DNA of 41,968 bases from a virus (Duplodnaviria > Heunggongvirae > Uroviricota > Caudoviricetes): IMG/VR virus record IMGVR_UViG_2563366992_000001, positions 1 through 41,968 of that record; one strand, given 5' to 3'. The translations under genes were made by a program, and so were the position numbers. The notes below the pieces were generated by a model that ran no database searches, had not been told where the DNA came from, and worked only from the letters and a program-made list of their open reading frames with translations. This document shows, in pieces, positions 18,246-27,717 of this stretch (positions are counted from its first letter, which is position 1; every line of letters starts with the position of its first letter).

Positions 18246-19975
18246 GCCGGAAATCTTACCCCAACGTAAATGCTGCCAATCAGTATGCCCGTGATGTTGT
18301 GCGCGGAAAGATTGTGGCCTGCCAGTTTGTGATTCAGGCCTGCCAGCGCCATCTTGATGACCTGATGGCGGAAAAAAGTAAGTCGTTTCGTTACCGCTTC
18401 GACAAGGACCTGGCTGAACGGGCCGCCAAATTTATTCAGCTGTTGCCGCACACCAAGGGTGAGTGGGCATTCAAGAGGATGCCCATCACGCTGGAGCCGT
18501 GGCAGCTATTTGTGGTCTGCTGTGCGTTTGGCTGGGTCAATAAAGGGTCCCGGCTGCGCCGCTTCCGGGAGGTGTATACCGAAATCCCCCGTAAGAACGG
18601 CAAATCGGCAATCTCTGCCGGTGTTGCCCTGTATTGTTTTGCCTGTGATAACGAGTTTGGCGCGGAAGTGTATTCCGGTGCCACGACAGAGAAACAGGCG
18701 TGGGAAGTCTTTCGCCCGGCGCGACTGATGTGTAAACGCACACCCATGCTGACGGAAGCGTTCGGGATTGAGGTTAACGCCTCAAACATGAATCGTCCGG
18801 AGGATGGCGCGCGGTTTGAACCGCTGATCGGTAACCCCGGTGATGGTTCATCACCCCACTGTGCGGTGGTGGATGAATATCACGAGCACGCCACCGATGC
18901 GCTTTACACCACGATGCTTACCGGGATGGGGGCGCGACGTCAGCCACTGATGTGGGCCATTACTACTGCCGGGTACAACATTGAGGGGCCGTGCTACGAC
19001 AAGCGACGGGAAGTTATCGAGATGCTCAACGGGTCGGTACCCAACGATGAACTGTTCGGGATCATCTATACCGTTGACGAAGGCGATGACTGGACCGACC
19101 CGCAGGTGCTGGAAAAAGCTAACCCGAATATTGGCGTGTCGGTTTATCGCGAATTTTTGTTAAGTCAGCAGCAGCGTGCGAAAAATAACGCCCGTCTGGC
19201 AAACGTCTTTAAAACAAAACACCTCAATATCTGGGTGTCGGCGCGTTCGGCGTATTTCAACCTGGTGAGCTGGCAGAGCTGCGAGGATAAATCACTGACC
19301 CTTGAGCAGTTCGAGGGGCAGCCGTGCATTCTGGCCTTTGACCTGGCGCGTAAACTGGATATGAACAGCATGGCGCGACTTTATACCCGCGAGATTGACG
19401 GTAAAACGCATTACTACAGTGTGGCCCCGCGTTTCTGGGTACCGTATGACACGGTGTACAGCGTCGAGAAAAATGAAGATCTACGGACAGCCGAACGCTT
19501 TCAGAAATGGGTGGAAATGGGCGTTCTGACCGTTACCGATGGTGCGGAAGTGGATTATCGCTACATCCTCGAGGAGGCCAAAGCGGCGAACAAAATCAGC
19601 CCGGTCAGTGAGTCACCCATCGACCCCTTCGGGGCGACCGGGCTGTCACATGACCTTGCTGATGAAGACCTGAACCCCATCACTATCATTCAGAACTACA
19701 CCAACATGTCCGATCCGATGAAAGAGCTGGAAGCGGCAATTGAATCGGGGCGCTTTCATCATGATGGCAATCCCATCATGACCTGGTGTATCGGCAACGT
19801 GGTCGGCAAAACCATTCCGGGTAACGATGATGTGGTGAAGCCCGTCAAAGAGCAGGCGGAAAACAAAATCGATGGTGCAGTTGCGCTGATTATGGCGGTT
19901 GGCAGAGCCATGCTGTACGAGAAAGAAGACACGCTGTCTGACCACATTGAGTCCTATGGGATCCGCTCGCTTTAA
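18242..19975 (+). CDS. terminase large subunit
   Basis: 577-aa ORF; ATPase and nuclease arrangement typical of large terminases; position. Confidence 0.85.
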
Positions 19976-19986
19976 CTGAGGTAATT

Positions 19987-20169
19987 ATGATCATGCTGAT
20001 TCTCGCGCCTCTGGTGGGCGTGCTGGGGGCGCTTTTGCTGGCGTATGGTGCCTGGCTGATTTATCCCCCGGCGGGGTTTGTTGTTGCCGGGGCGTTGTGC
20101 CTGTTCTGGTCGTGGCTGGTGGCGCGATATCTCGACCGTACACAGTCGTCTGTCGGCGGAGGTAAATAG
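19987..20169 (+). CDS. small hydrophobic protein (two predicted TM segments)
   Basis: 60-aa ORF exactly filling the terminase-portal gap. Confidence 0.35.
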
Positions 20170-21410
20170 TGTTCTTTTCGGGATTATTTCAACGAAAAAG
20201 TGTCGCACCAGTGACCACGCCAGCAGAGCTGGCGGATGCTATCGGGTTGTCCTACGACACCTATACCGGAAAGCAGATCAGCAGCCAGCGGGCCATGCGA
20301 CTGACGGCGGTTTTTTCCTGCGTCAGGGTGCTGGCAGAGTCGGTCGGGATGTTGCCCTGCAATCTGTATCACCTGAACGGCAGCCTGAAAAAGAGAGCCA
20401 CCGGCGAGCGTCTGCATAAGCTGATCTCCACGCATCCCAATGGCTATATGACGCCGCAGGAGTTCTGGGAGCTGGTGGTCACCTGTCTGTGCTTGCGGGG
20501 AAACTTTTACGCCTACAAAGTGAAAGCATTTGGCGAAGTGGCTGAACTGCTGCCCGTCGATCCCGGCTGTGTGGTACCGAAGCTTAACAGTAGCTGGGAG
20601 CCGGTCTATCAGGTCACATTCCCGGACGGCTCCACGGATGTACTGAGCCAGGAAGATATCTGGCATGTGCGCACGCTGACGCTGGACGGTCTGGTGGGAC
20701 TGAATCCCATCGCCTATGCCCGCGAGGCAATATCGCTGGCAGCTGCGACCGAAGAGCACGGGGCCAGACTGTTCAGCAATGGTGCGGTGACGTCCGGTGT
20801 GTTGCGTACAGAGCAGACGCTGTCGGATCAGGCTTATGAGCGCCTGAAGAAAGATTTTGAGGAGCGTCACACCGGGCTTGGCAATGCTCACCGCCCGATG
20901 ATCCTTGAGATGGGGCTGGACTGGAAGTCGATGGCGCTGAACGCCGAGGACAGCCAGTTCCTGGAAACCCGCAAGTTTCAGCTTGAAGAAATCTGTCGTC
21001 TGTTCCGGGTGCCATTGCACATGGTGCAGAACACCGATCGCGCCACCTTCAACAATATCGAAGAGCTGGGGCTGGGATTTATCAACTATTCACTGGTGCC
21101 GTATCTGACCCGCATTGAGCAGCGGATCAACACCGGACTGGTACGAAAAAGTAAGCAGGGCGTTTATTACGCCAAATTTAACGCCGGGGCGTTACTGCGC
21201 GGGGATATGAAGTCCCGTTTTGAAGCCTACGCCACCGGTATCAACTGGGGAATTTACTCTCCCAATGACTGCCGCGACCTGGAAGATATGAATCCGCGTC
21301 CCGGTGGGGATGTCTATCTCACACCGATGAATATGACCACGAAACCCTCCGATGGCAGTAAAGCCGGTAAGCAGAAGGATAACGCCAATGCAGACGAAAC
21401 AACGTCTTGA
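20169..21410 (+). CDS. portal protein (HK97 family)
   Basis: 413-aa ORF following terminase; GTG start; head-module order. Confidence 0.8.
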   Translation: MFFSGLFQRKSVAPVTTPAELADAIGLSYDTYTGKQISSQRAMRLTAVFSCVRVLAESVGMLPCNLYHLNGSLKKRATGERLHKLISTHPNGYMTPQEFWELVVTCLCLRGNFYAYKVKAFGEVAELLPVDPGCVVPKLNSSWEPVYQVTFPDGSTDVLSQEDIWHVRTLTLDGLVGLNPIAYAREAISLAAATEEHGARLFSNGAVTSGVLRTEQTLSDQAYERLKKDFEERHTGLGNAHRPMILEMGLDWKSMALNAEDSQFLETRKFQLEEICRLFRVPLHMVQNTDRATFNNIEELGLGFINYSLVPYLTRIEQRINTGLVRKSKQGVYYAKFNAGALLRGDMKSRFEAYATGINWGIYSPNDCRDLEDMNPRPGGDVYLTPMNMTTKPSDGSKAGKQKDNANADETTS

Positions 21411-22038
21411 TGTACCGCTGAGTCTGAAATCTGTCAGTGACTCCGGTGAGTTTGAAGGGTATGGCTCCGTCTTTGGTGTAAAGGACAGCCACGATGATGT
21501 GGTGATGTCCGGGGCATTTGCTGCTTCCCTGCGGGCGTGGAGTGACAGAAAAGCGTTACCTGCGCTGCTCTGGCAGCACCGCATGGATGAGCCCATCGGT
21601 GTTTACACCGAAATGAAGGAAGACGATGTCGGGCTTTACGTCAGGGGGCGATTGCTCATTGATGATGATCCCCTGGCAAAACGCGCACATGCACACATGA
21701 AGGCCGGTTCGTTAACCGGCCTTTCTATTGGGTACGTCCTGAAGGACTGGGAATACGACCGGACGAAAGAAGCCTTTCTGCTGAAAGAAATCGACCTCTG
21801 GGAAGTCAGTCTGGTGACGTTCCCGTCTAACGACGAGGCACGGATCAGCGACGTCAAGAACGCGCTGGCTCGCGGGGAAATCCCCGAACAGAAAAAAATC
21901 GAAAGAGTCCTGCGTGATGTCGGACTCTCCCGTACCCAGGCCAAAGCATTCATGGCCGGGGGCTATAGCGCACTGTCCCTGCGCGACGCTGAGGATGTGA
22001 GCTCTGCACTGAATGCACTGAAAAATCTGAACTTCTAA
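21388..22038 (+). CDS. prohead protease (HK97 family)
   Basis: Internal ATG (MQTKQRL) overlapping portal 3' end; position between portal and capsid. Confidence 0.75.
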   Translation: MQTKQRLDVPLSLKSVSDSGEFEGYGSVFGVKDSHDDVVMSGAFAASLRAWSDRKALPALLWQHRMDEPIGVYTEMKEDDVGLYVRGRLLIDDDPLAKRAHAHMKAGSLTGLSIGYVLKDWEYDRTKEAFLLKEIDLWEVSLVTFPSNDEARISDVKNALARGEIPEQKKIERVLRDVGLSRTQAKAFMAGGYSALSLRDAEDVSSALNALKNLNF

Positions 22039-22052
22039 TCAGGAGAAATACG

Positions 22053-23258
22053 ATGGCGGTAGATATTAAAGATGTCGAACAGGTCGCGCAGGAGCTGCAG
22101 CAGAAGTTTGACGACTTCAAAGCAAAGAACGACAAGCGCGTGGATGCGATTGAGCAGGAAAAAGGCAAGCTTGCCGGACAGGTGGAAACCCTGAACGGGA
22201 AACTCAGCGAGCTGGAAAATCTCAAAAGCGACCTTGAAAAAGAGCTGCTTGAGCTGAAACGTCCGGCAGGTGGATCGCAAAATAAACTGGCCACCGAGCA
22301 TAAAGAGGCGTTTGTGGGCTTCCTGCGTAAAGGCCGTGAAGACGGTCTGCGCGATCTGGAGCGTAAGGCATTGCAGGTGGGCACCGATGAAGACGGTGGC
22401 TACGCCGTGCCGGAAGAACTGGATCGCAACATTCTTAACCTGCTGAAAGATGAAGTGGTGATGCGCCAGGAAGCCACGGTGATCACCGTTGGTGGTTCCG
22501 ACTACAAAAAACTGGTGAATCTGGGCGGCACGGCTTCCGGATGGGTTGGCGAGACTGACGCGCGCTCCCAGACTGCCACCTCAAAACTGGGCCTGATTGA
22601 ACCTTTCATGGGGGAAATCTACGGTAACCCGCAGGCCACCCAGAAAATGCTGGATGATGCCTTTTTCAACGTGGAAGCATGGATCAACAGCGAGCTGGCA
22701 ACCGAATTTGCCGAACAGGAAGAAATTGCCTTTACCACCGGCGATGGTACCAAGAAGCCGAAAGGGTTCCTGGCGTATGAATCCACGGATGAAACCGATA
22801 AGGTCCGGGCGTTCGGCAAACTTCAGCATATTGTATCCGGCGACGCGACGGCGGTGACCGCAGACGCCATTATCAAACTGATTTACACGCTGCGTAAGGC
22901 ACACCGCACCGGCGCGAAGTTCATGATGAACAACAATAGCCTGTTTGCCATCCGTCTGCTGAAAGACAGCGAGGGTAACTATCTGTGGCGTCCGGGGCTG
23001 GAGCTGGGGCAGCCGTCCTCTCTGGCGGGTTACGGTATCGCTGAAAACGAACAGATGCCGGATATCGCCGCTGATGCGAAAGCCATTGCATTTGGTAACT
23101 TCAAACGGGGTTACACCATCGTTGACCGTATCGGCACCCGCATTCTGCGTGACCCGTACACCAATAAACCGTTTGTCGGTTTTTATACCACCAAACGCAC
23201 CGGCGGCATGCTGGTCGATTCGCAGGCCATCAAACTGCTGAAGATTGCAGTGGCGTAA
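22053..23258 (+). CDS. major capsid protein (HK97 fold)
   Basis: 401-aa ORF with coiled-coil-like N-terminal delta region; follows protease. Confidence 0.85.
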   Translation: MAVDIKDVEQVAQELQQKFDDFKAKNDKRVDAIEQEKGKLAGQVETLNGKLSELENLKSDLEKELLELKRPAGGSQNKLATEHKEAFVGFLRKGREDGLRDLERKALQVGTDEDGGYAVPEELDRNILNLLKDEVVMRQEATVITVGGSDYKKLVNLGGTASGWVGETDARSQTATSKLGLIEPFMGEIYGNPQATQKMLDDAFFNVEAWINSELATEFAEQEEIAFTTGDGTKKPKGFLAYESTDETDKVRAFGKLQHIVSGDATAVTADAIIKLIYTLRKAHRTGAKFMMNNNSLFAIRLLKDSEGNYLWRPGLELGQPSSLAGYGIAENEQMPDIAADAKAIAFGNFKRGYTIVDRIGTRILRDPYTNKPFVGFYTTKRTGGMLVDSQAIKLLKIAVA

Positions 23259-23306
23259 TCACTCAGGGGCGCGGAACCGCGCCCCTGTTCTGACGGGTGA
23301 AGAATC

Positions 23307-23507
23307 ATGATCCTGAAACAAGATCTGAAATGGTCACCGGACGGTATGCGTGTTGAGGTCATTCGGGCCGGTGAGTATGACGACGGGGCGCTTCCTGCCC
23401 GGGTGCAGGAGATTGCACTTCAGGCCGGGTTAGCAGAGCGCGGAACCAGTGCAAAAAGCAGTAAAGCGACAAAAGAGAAAAAAGCCACGACCAGTAAAGA
23501 GGGCTGA
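23307..23507 (+). CDS. hypothetical small head-module protein
   Basis: 66-aa ORF between capsid and connector genes. Confidence 0.35.
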   Translation: MILKQDLKWSPDGMRVEVIRAGEYDDGALPARVQEIALQAGLAERGTSAKSSKATKEKKATTSKEG

Positions 23508-23509
23508 GT

Positions 23510-23833
23510 ATGCTTCTGACAATGGAAGAGATTAAAGCCCAACTCCGGCTGGATGAGGATTTCGATGCTGATGACCGCCATCTGCAACTGCTGGCCTGTG
23601 CGGCACAAAAGCGGACGGAAACGTATCTGAACCGGAAGCTCTATGCACCGGATGAAACCATTCCGGACAGCGATCCGGACGGGCTGCACCTGCCGGATGA
23701 TATTCGTCTGGGGATGCTGATGCTTATCAGCCATTTTTACGAAAACCGCTCGTCGGTTACGGAAGTGGAGAAACTCGACATGCCGCAGAGTTTTGGCTGG
23801 CTTGTCGGCCCGTACAGGTACTTTCCGCAATGA
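23510..23833 (+). CDS. head-tail connector (gp6-like)
   Basis: 107-aa ORF in conserved position after capsid. Confidence 0.65.
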   Translation: MLLTMEEIKAQLRLDEDFDADDRHLQLLACAAQKRTETYLNRKLYAPDETIPDSDPDGLHLPDDIRLGMLMLISHFYENRSSVTEVEKLDMPQSFGWLVGPYRYFPQ

Positions 23834-24240
23834 AAATTCGTCAGGCGCAGACCAGCGCAACCTACATTCTGCCGGACCCCGGTGAACTGAATAAACGCGT
23901 CCTGATCCGCCAGCGGGTGGATATGCCCGCGGATAACTTTGGCGTGGAGCCTCAATACCCGGTTACGTTCCGGACATGGGCGAAGGTTATCCAGACCAGT
24001 GCCACCACCTGGCAGGAAACCGCGCAGACCGGGGACGCCATCACCCATTACATCACCATTCGTTACCGCCGGGGGATCACTGCTGATTATGAGGTGGTCT
24101 GTGATGACAGTGTGTACCGGGTGAAACGTCAGCGTGATCTGAACGGGGCGCGGCGCTTTCTGCTGCTGGAGTGTACGGAGCTGGGCGAATGTAGGCAGAG
24201 TCACGGAGGCAGCAATGGCGACTCCCTTTTTTCACGTTGA
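23830..24240 (+). CDS. head closure / head-tail adaptor protein
   Basis: 136-aa ORF overlapping neighbours; conserved order. Confidence 0.55.
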   Translation: MKIRQAQTSATYILPDPGELNKRVLIRQRVDMPADNFGVEPQYPVTFRTWAKVIQTSATTWQETAQTGDAITHYITIRYRRGITADYEVVCDDSVYRVKRQRDLNGARRFLLLECTELGECRQSHGGSNGDSLFSR

Positions 24241-24721
24241 TGTTCAGCAGCCCGCCGAGATGCGCTTTAACCGCGCCCGTGTCCGGCGGGCGTTTGTCAC
24301 GATTGGGCAGCGTCATATGCGTGATGCCCGTCGGCTGGTGATGCGCCGTGCGCGGTCGGCACCGGGTGAAAACCCCGGTTATCAGACCGGACGCCTGGCT
24401 CGTTCGATTGGTTATATGGTGCCGAGAGCCAGTAAAAAGCGAGCCGGTTTTATGACACGCATTGCCCCTAACCAGCGCAACGGGAAGGGGAACCGGATGA
24501 TCTCTGGTGACTTCTATCCGGCGTTTCTGTTTTTTGGTGTCCGGGGAGGAGCAAAACGTCGTCGTAGTCATCATCGTGGTGCATCCGGTGGCAGCGGCTG
24601 GCGACTGGCTCCACGTAATAACTTCATGGTGGAAACGCTTGAAAAGAACCGCAGCTGGACACGCTATTTTCTGGCGCGGGAATTGCGTAAATCACTGAAG
24701 CCGGAGCGACGACACAGATGA
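24215..24721 (+). CDS. HK97 gp10-like head-tail joining protein
   Basis: 168-aa basic protein; position. Confidence 0.5.
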   Translation: MATPFFHVDVQQPAEMRFNRARVRRAFVTIGQRHMRDARRLVMRRARSAPGENPGYQTGRLARSIGYMVPRASKKRAGFMTRIAPNQRNGKGNRMISGDFYPAFLFFGVRGGAKRRRSHHRGASGGSGWRLAPRNNFMVETLEKNRSWTRYFLARELRKSLKPERRHR

Positions 24722-25278
24722 AACTGACGCCTGTTATTGCTGCACTGCGTGCCCGTTGTCCGTATTTTGAAAACCGGGTTGCAGGCGCGGCCCAGTTCAA
24801 AAATCTGCCGGAGGTCGGAAAGCTGAAACTCCCGGCGGCATATGTTGTACCGGGTGATGATTCTCCGGGAGAAAACAAAAGCCAGACCGACTACTGGCAG
24901 GAGCTGAAAGAGGGGTTCTCCGTGGTTGTCATACTGAGTAACGGGCGTGATGAGCGCGGTCAGTTTGCCTCGTATGATGTGGTGGACGATGTCCGGCAGA
25001 TGCTCTTTAAGGCTCTGCTGGGCTGGAACCCGGAGGCGTGCGGTAACCCGATTACCTATGACGGCGGCACGCTGCTGGATCTGAATCGTCATGAGCTGAT
25101 TTATCAGTTCGATTTTTCGGTCATCAGCGAGCTGACTGAAGACGATACCCGCCAGCAGGATGATCTGAACAGTCTGGATGAACTGCAAACGCTGGCGATT
25201 GATGTTGATTATCTCGAGCCCGGTAACGGGCCTGACGGCGATATCGAACATCACACCGAAATAACCCTTCCTTCCTGA
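24718..25278 (+). CDS. putative tail completion / terminator protein
   Basis: 186-aa ORF immediately upstream of the sheath gene cluster. Confidence 0.4.
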   Translation: MKLTPVIAALRARCPYFENRVAGAAQFKNLPEVGKLKLPAAYVVPGDDSPGENKSQTDYWQELKEGFSVVVILSNGRDERGQFASYDVVDDVRQMLFKALLGWNPEACGNPITYDGGTLLDLNRHELIYQFDFSVISELTEDDTRQQDDLNSLDELQTLAIDVDYLEPGNGPDGDIEHHTEITLPS

Positions 25279-25286
25279 GGATCCTC

Positions 25287-25457
25287 ATGTTTGTCAAACC
25301 TGTTAAAGGGCGGTCAGTGCCTGACCCTGCCCGCGGCGACCTTTTGCCCGCCGAAGGGCGAAATGTTGACGAGAACAACTACTGGCTGCGCCGTGAAGCA
25401 GCGGGTGATATCCGGCGCGTGAATAAAAAGGTGAACACCGATGACGATAAGCTTTAA
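25287..25457 (+). CDS. small tail-module protein (DUF2635-like); absent from the ORF track because it is under 60 aa
   Basis: ATG at 25287 with GAGG RBS; 56 codons; stop overlaps the sheath start. Confidence 0.45.
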   Translation: MFVKPVKGRSVPDPARGDLLPAEGRNVDENNYWLRREAAGDIRRVNKKVNTDDDKL

Positions 25458-26937
25458 CACCATTCCGTCGAATACGCTGGTTCCGTTGTTTTATGCGGAA
25501 ATGGATAACCAGGCGGCGAATACTGCACAGGACAGCGGAGCATCGCTGCTGATTGGTCATGCCAATAACGGTGCAGAGATTGTTGCCAACAGTCTGGTAC
25601 TGATGTCGTCGGCAGACTATGCACGCCAGATTTGTGGTGCGGGAAGTCAGCTGGCGCGTATGGTCGAGGCTTATCGCCAGACTGACCCGTTTGGCGAGCT
25701 GTATGTGATTGCCGTTCCTGAATCCACAGGTGCGGCGGCAACAGTTACGCTGACGGTGACCGGGGCGGCAACCGAAACCGGCACGGTGAATGTGTATGTA
25801 GGACGTACCCGCGTGCAGGCACCGGTGACTAACGGCGATAACGTCACGATGATTGCCAGCAGTATCCAGGATGCCATCAATGCCGTTCCGACCCTGCCGT
25901 TTACGGCTTCATCTTCGGCAGGCGTGGTCACACTGACCGCGCGTCATAAGGGGCTTTGTGGGAATGAAATTCCTGTCAGCCTCAATTACTACGGCTTTGG
26001 TGGGGGCGAAGTGCTGCCAGCGGGCGTACAGATTGCCGTGGCGACGGGTACCGCCGGAACGGGTGCTCCGGTTCTCACCGGCGCGGTGGCTGCAATGGCG
26101 GATGAGCCGTTTGATTATATCGGCCTGCCGTTCAACGACACGGCCTCCGTTAACACGCTGGTGACCGAGATGAACGATACCAGCGGTCGCTGGAGCTATG
26201 CGCGTCAGCTGTATGGTCATGTGTATACGGCAAAGATCGGCACGCTGTCAGAACTGGTGACCGCAGGTGACCAGTTTAACCAGCAGCACATTACCCTGGC
26301 GGGGTACGAAAAAGAGACCCAGACGCCTGCCGACGAGCTGGCGGCAAGCCGTACCGCCCGCGCAGCGGTGTTTATCCGCAACGATCCGGCACGTCCCACG
26401 CAGACCGGTGAGCTGGTGGGTATGCTGCCTGCGCCGAAGGGGAAACGGTTCACGATGACCGAACAACAGACCCTGCTGTCTCATGGCGTGGCAACGGCGT
26501 ATGTCGAAAGCGGGGTACTACGCATTCAGCGTGATGTCACCACGTACAGGAAAAACGCTTACGGGGTTGCGGATAACAGTTACCTCGACAGTGAGACGCT
26601 GCATACCAGCGCGTATGTACTGCGCAAACTGAAATCCGTCATTACCAGTAAGTACGGGCGTCACAAGCTTGCCAGTGACGGTACCCGCTTTGGTCCCGGT
26701 CAGGCGATTGTCACCCCGGCGGTGATCAAAGGGGAACTGCTGGCAACCTACCGTCAGCTTGAGCGTGCGGGGATCGTGGAAAACTACGAACTGTTTAAGC
26801 AGTACCTGGTTGTGGAGCGTGATGCCAGCGATCCGAACCGCCTGAACACGCTGTTCCCGCCTGACTATGTTAACCAGCTGCGTGTCTTTGCCGTGGTTAA
26901 TCAGTTCCGTCTTCAGTATTCAGAGGAGTCTGCATAA
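25441..26937 (+). CDS. tail sheath protein (Mu L-like)
   Basis: 498-aa ORF followed by tube, chaperone and tape measure genes. Confidence 0.8.
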   Translation: MTISFNTIPSNTLVPLFYAEMDNQAANTAQDSGASLLIGHANNGAEIVANSLVLMSSADYARQICGAGSQLARMVEAYRQTDPFGELYVIAVPESTGAAATVTLTVTGAATETGTVNVYVGRTRVQAPVTNGDNVTMIASSIQDAINAVPTLPFTASSSAGVVTLTARHKGLCGNEIPVSLNYYGFGGGEVLPAGVQIAVATGTAGTGAPVLTGAVAAMADEPFDYIGLPFNDTASVNTLVTEMNDTSGRWSYARQLYGHVYTAKIGTLSELVTAGDQFNQQHITLAGYEKETQTPADELAASRTARAAVFIRNDPARPTQTGELVGMLPAPKGKRFTMTEQQTLLSHGVATAYVESGVLRIQRDVTTYRKNAYGVADNSYLDSETLHTSAYVLRKLKSVITSKYGRHKLASDGTRFGPGQAIVTPAVIKGELLATYRQLERAGIVENYELFKQYLVVERDASDPNRLNTLFPPDYVNQLRVFAVVNQFRLQYSEESA

Positions 26938-27293
26938 TGGCCCGTATCGGGGGAACCTGTTATTTCAAAATTGACGGTCAGCAGCTATCGCTGACCGGCG
27001 GCATTGAGGTGCCCATGAACAAAACGGTTAACGATGACATCATCGGCCTGGACGGTTCAGTGGACCGCAAGGAAACTCACCGTGCGCCTTATGTCAAAGG
27101 GACCTTCAAGGTGCCGAAGAATTTTCCGGTAAGCAAAATCACCTCGTCTGATGAGATGACCATCACTGCCGAGCTGGCGAACGGTCAGGTCTATGTACTG
27201 TCGTCTGCCTGGCTGCACGGCGAAGCGAACCATAATGCCGAAGAAGGCACGGTTGATCTTGAGTTCCACGGTGAAGAAGGGGATTACCAGTAA
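26937..27293 (+). CDS. tail tube protein
   Basis: 118-aa ORF directly after sheath. Confidence 0.7.
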   Translation: MARIGGTCYFKIDGQQLSLTGGIEVPMNKTVNDDIIGLDGSVDRKETHRAPYVKGTFKVPKNFPVSKITSSDEMTITAELANGQVYVLSSAWLHGEANHNAEEGTVDLEFHGEEGDYQ

Positions 27294-27562
27294 TGAAAGA
27301 GCTTGAGTTAAAGAAACCGATTACTGCTCATGGCGAGACACTCTCCGTACTGGAGTTTGATGAACCCACCGGGAAGGATGTCCGCGAGCTGGGGTATCCC
27401 TACCAGATGAATCAGGATGAGTCAGTCAGACTTCTGGCGCATGTGGTGTCGAAATACATTGTGCGGCTGGCGAAAGTGCCGCAAAGCTCTGTCGACCAGA
27501 TGTCTCCGGCAGACCTGAATGCAGCGGCGTGGCTTGTGGCTGGTTTTTTCCTCCAGGCCTGA
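27293..27562 (+). CDS. tail assembly chaperone (short form)
   Basis: 89-aa ORF upstream of tape measure. Confidence 0.6.
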   Translation: MKELELKKPITAHGETLSVLEFDEPTGKDVRELGYPYQMNQDESVRLLAHVVSKYIVRLAKVPQSSVDQMSPADLNAAAWLVAGFFLQA

Positions 27563-27717
27563 CGGCTGAATACCTCACTGATCGCTTCTTTGACTGCGCC
27601 AGCTACTGGCGCATTAATCCTTTCGAATTGCTGAATATGCCGATCAGTGAAATTCCCTTGCTGGTCAGTCAGGCAAACAGGATAGAGCAGGAGAAACGCA
27701 CACATGGCGGAATTTGA
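27293..27717 (+). CDS. tail assembly chaperone, -1 frameshift fusion product
   Basis: Slippery T_TTT_TTC at 27544..27550; -1 frame ORF 27529..27717 continues as FFPPGLTAEY... Confidence 0.5.

Noticed and set aside
20184-21020. 278-aa minus-strand ORF
   Set aside because: Lies entirely antisense to the portal gene in GC-rich coding DNA; Arg/Gly/Pro-rich low-complexity translation, no RBS; shadow ORF.
24077-25254. Minus-strand ORFs of 165 and 196 aa
   Set aside because: Antisense to contiguous, overlapping-stop head-tail joining genes; compositionally biased; no room for genes on the opposite strand.
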